Source of the DNA: Chitinophagales bacterium
Lineage (GTDB): Bacteria; Bacteroidota; Bacteroidia; Chitinophagales; UBA8649
Assembly: GCA_020635995.1 (NCBI GenBank)
Contig: JACJYS010000001.1
Coordinates: forward strand, 370,191-434,190
DNA length: 64,000 nt
Direction: 5' to 3'
How positions within the stretch are numbered: position 1 is the first letter of the stretch; each line of letters opens with the position of its first letter. The notes under the pieces are model-generated. The model searched no databases. It saw nothing but the letters and a program-made list of their open reading frames with translations, and was not told where the DNA came from. The translations under genes were made by a program, and so were the position numbers. Positions 61,131 through 64,000 of the stretch are shown here, in pieces.

Positions 61131-64000
61131 ATGAAAAAGATTTACTTAACACTTTTGGGTGTTTTTACATTTGCCTTGTGGCAAATAGGTAATGCCCAAA
61201 CAATTTTATTTTCTGAGGATTTTGCTTCTGGAATACCTGGGACATGGACACTAATAAACAATGATGGACTAACACCTAATTCCAATGTGGCTCAATTTAC
61301 AAATGCTTGGATAGGTGCTGCGGATTTTGATAACACCACAGATACGGTTGCCATGAGTACTTCTTGGTACACACCAGCAGGTACTGCTGATGATTGGCTA
61401 ATAACACCTGCTATTAACCTAACTACAAACAACACGTTATCATGGGAAGCAGAAGCACAGGATGTAGATTATCCTGACGGATATGAAGTAAGAATTTCTA
61501 CAACAACTCCCACAATAGCAGGATTTAACGCCAACCCTCCATTATTTTCAATTGGTGCTGAATCTGGAGGAACATGGACTCAAAGAAGCGTAGATTTACA
61601 AGCAGCTGGTTACAGTAATCAAACTGTATATATTGCGTGGAGAAATAATTCTAATGACATGTTCGTATTAATGGTTGATGATATAGCTGTAACAACCCCA
61701 GCAAATAGTGACTTAGCAATATCTGATGTTACAACTAGTGGCGAATTACAAAATACGGTATTTTCTTCAGATGATTTTATCATAGTTGATTATTCAAAAA
61801 GAACCAATTTTACCGCTGATGTTACTATAGAAAATACAGGTACAGATCCTGTTAGTGTTATATATTTAACTTATGCTTTAGTTGATAATCTTAGTGGTCC
61901 AACCGTTGGGGTAATTTATGGTGATACAGTTAATTTAGGAACGCCTTTAGCTCCTGGTCAAACATACACATATAGCTATGCTCCTGAAAATATAACATCT
62001 TTATTTCCTTCATTAGCAACTGATGGTACTATTGATTTTTATGTGCAATTAGATTCTGCTGCTAACAATACTGTTTTTAACAATGATGATTATTACTATG
62101 GTGCTGTAATTGCACCAACATTATCATATACAGCACCATATAGCACGTCTTATGAAATAGCAGATTTAGTGGCAGGTCAATTTGATTTTAGCCACACAAC
62201 ATGGGGCTGGAAATATTTTGACAATGATAATGACAACAATTCACTCTCTGTAGGAGCATTTTCAAATATAGATGCTTACGATGGGGATTTTTTAGTTATC
62301 GGATCAGTAGTGGGTGGAAGTTTAACTACTGGAGCTCTTAATGAAACTATGCAATCTCCTGAACTTACTTTAACTGCTGGTCAAAGTTACGAGTTTAGTA
62401 TTTGGGCTAGAACTGGGTATGGTGCTACAGGTAGTGTAGCTGCTTATTTGGTAGATGCCTCAGGTACTACAAACACTTTATTAGGGAATATAACTTTGGC
62501 AGCGGGAGATTCAACATATCAACAATTTACATTCCCAACTACACCAACAACTACAAAAAGTGATTACATGGTTGAATTTAGAAAATCAGCTACAGGTTTT
62601 GTTATTTTAGATTTATTTAATATGACTACATCTGTTTCTCCTTGTTCTATCACAGACTTAACTGCCGGCACACAAGGTGCTTGTAATCCTTCTACTAACC
62701 AATATACGCAGCAAGTTACTGTTACTTACAGCAACCCACCTGCAAGTGGTAGTTTAAGTGTTAATGGTCAAACTTTTGCCATTACTTCAAGCCCACAAAC
62801 GGTTACTTTAACAGGCTTAACTTCTAACGGAAGTGCAGTAAACGTTACGGCTAATTTTACAGCTAACACAGCTTGTACTTATACTGAAAACAGTTTATTT
62901 ACAGCTCCTGCTCCTTGTAATGTTTGCTCTATTACAGATTTAACTGCCGGCACACAAGGTGCTTGTAACTCTTCTACTAACCAATATACACAACAAGTTA
63001 TTGTAACTTATACCAATCCACCTGCAAGTGGTAGTTTAAGTGTTAATGGTCAAACTTTTGCCATTACTTCAAGCCCACAAACAGTTACTTTAACAGGTTT
63101 AACTTCTAACGGAAGTGCAGTAAACGTTACAGCTAATTTTACAGCTAACACAGCTTGTACTTATACTGAAAATAGTTTATTTACAGCTCCGGCTTCTTGC
63201 TTGTGCCCTACAATAAACGTATCCGTTAGTACTACAAACGTAACCAACTGTGCTACACCTAACGGAACATTAACTACTACAGTTAGTGGTGGTGCTTCAC
63301 CTTACAGTTATGTTTGGAATCCGGTTTTACCTAACCAGCCAAACCACTCTAATCTTTCAGCAGGAACATATAGCGTAACTGTAACAGATGCCAACAACTG
63401 TCCTGGTACTGGAAGTGGAACTATTAATAATGCTACCGGTTCTTTAAATGCCAGTATATCTACTTTCCAAAACATATCTTGTTTTGGGGCAAATGACGGT
63501 ACTGTTAGTGTAACGGTAACAGGAGCTACTGGTGCAATAAGTTATAACTGGAGTGATCAAGGATTTAACTCTACTATTTCTACTAGAAATAATTTAACTC
63601 CAGGTTCTAAAACTGTAACAGTAAGCGATGCAAGTGGTTGCTCTGTTACGCTTTCTTTCACTATCGTAGAACCTTCTCAATTAACAGCTACATTAGTTAG
63701 TACAACAGATGCTTCATGTAATGGAACAAACACTGGTTCTGTAGATATGACAGTATCAGGAGGTACAGGAACACCTACTTATTCTTGGACAAATACAACT
63801 CAAAACACAGTTGACTTAACAGGTGTAGGTGCTGGTTCTTATACATTAACGGTAACAGATGCTAACGGATGTACAGATACTGAAAGTGCTACAATTAATG
63901 AACCAAGTGCTATAAGTGTAGTAGTAGATAATACTAGTGATGTTTCTTGCTACATGGGTAATGATGGAGCTATAGACGTAACTGTTAATGGTGGAACACC
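61131..64000 (+). CDS. giant secreted adhesin-like protein, 5' part (choice-of-anchor-J/cleaved-adhesin-like N-domain, duplicated 94-aa Cys module, SprB-type repeats); continues beyond the window
   Basis: Absent from the track because no stop lies in the window. My translation from the ATG at 61131 stays open to 64000. Signal peptide MKKIYLTLLGVFTFALWQIGNAQ. 'SEDFASGIPGTWTLINNDG...DDWLITPAINL...YIAWRNNSNDMFVLMVDDIAV'. From about 63204 there are repeats of the form 'C.G..NG...V.V.GG..PY.Y.W'. Confidence 0.8.
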   Translation, partial: MKKIYLTLLGVFTFALWQIGNAQTILFSEDFASGIPGTWTLINNDGLTPNSNVAQFTNAWIGAADFDNTTDTVAMSTSWYTPAGTADDWLITPAINLTTNNTLSWEAEAQDVDYPDGYEVRISTTTPTIAGFNANPPLFSIGAESGGTWTQRSVDLQAAGYSNQTVYIAWRNNSNDMFVLMVDDIAVTTPANSDLAISDVTTSGELQNTVFSSDDFIIVDYSKRTNFTADVTIENTGTDPVSVIYLTYALVDNLSGPTVGVIYGDTVNLGTPLAPGQTYTYSYAPENITSLFPSLATDGTIDFYVQLDSAANNTVFNNDDYYYGAVIAPTLSYTAPYSTSYEIADLVAGQFDFSHTTWGWKYFDNDNDNNSLSVGAFSNIDAYDGDFLVIGSVVGGSLTTGALNETMQSPELTLTAGQSYEFSIWARTGYGATGSVAAYLVDASGTTNTLLGNITLAAGDSTYQQFTFPTTPTTTKSDYMVEFRKSATGFVILDLFNMTTSVSPCSITDLTAGTQGACNPSTNQYTQQVTVTYSNPPASGSLSVNGQTFAITSSPQTVTLTGLTSNGSAVNVTANFTANTACTYTENSLFTAPAPCNVCSITDLTAGTQGACNSSTNQYTQQVIVTYTNPPASGSLSVNGQTFAITSSPQTVTLTGLTSNGSAVNVTANFTANTACTYTENSLFTAPASCLCPTINVSVSTTNVTNCATPNGTLTTTVSGGASPYSYVWNPVLPNQPNHSNLSAGTYSVTVTDANNCPGTGSGTINNATGSLNASISTFQNISCFGANDGTVSVTVTGATGAISYNWSDQGFNSTISTRNNLTPGSKTVTVSDASGCSVTLSFTIVEPSQLTATLVSTTDASCNGTNTGSVDMTVSGGTGTPTYSWTNTTQNTVDLTGVGAGSYTLTVTDANGCTDTESATINEPSAISVVVDNTSDVSCYMGNDGAIDVTVNGGT
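62643..63206 (+). repeat. in-frame tandem duplication, 2 x 282 bp (94 codons)
   Basis: Copies at 62643-62924 and 62925-63206. By hand alignment there are 16 mismatches in the first 267 nt, 13 of them synonymous. The last 15 nt are divergent. Confidence 0.9.

Noticed and set aside
62643-63206. Considered whether the tandem repeat could be a CRISPR array or a mobile-element terminus
   Set aside because: There are only two long (282-bp) directly abutting copies with no spacers. They are perfectly in frame within a continuous ORF and diverge mainly at synonymous sites, so this is a coding-domain duplication.
1-64000. Searched by eye for defence systems: restriction-modification, toxin-antitoxin, CBASS/retron-type reverse transcriptases or cyclases, CRISPR-Cas
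   Set aside because: No nuclease, methylase-specificity, reverse-transcriptase, cyclase or Cas-like ORFs were seen. Both methyltransferases are small-molecule or sugar class I enzymes embedded in the glycan locus.

Overview
Low-GC Bacteroidota-type chromosomal segment. Lineage evidence: T9SS C-terminal sorting domain, SprB/PKD-repeat surface proteins, an IPExxxVDY-like protein, and TAnnTTTG -7 promoter boxes. It is densely coded, and I found no rRNA, tRNA, CRISPR array, transposase or integrase. Left flank (1-11 kb): partial prfA, a TraB/GumN protein, tyrS, a Baeyer-Villiger-type monooxygenase with two SDRs, and an operon of three SurA/PpiD-like periplasmic chaperones ending in a MoxR ATPase. 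Centre (about 12.3-39.8 kb): a roughly 27-kb surface-polysaccharide locus. It has WecA-like initiating transferase, Wzc, Wza, about ten glycosyltransferases and two methyltransferases. It also has an MBOAT plus SGNH acetylation pair, an AsnB-like amidotransferase, a predicted 2,6-dideoxyhexose branch and an MsbA/PglK-type ABC exporter. No Wzx is recognisable, and the locus core is visibly more AT-rich than its flanks. Right part: a 1132-aa T9SS cargo protein, purN-purH, mreBCD-mrdA-rodA, recR, rnc-fabF-acpP, pyk, and the 5' part of a giant adhesin with an internal 282-bp tandem duplication. The best candidates for undescribed biology are a GT2 gene facing three tandem GT-C-like polytopic membrane proteins (51.9-56.7 kb) and the deoxysugar/ABC sub-operon. 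All functions are inferred by eye from motifs and architecture, because no searches could be run.
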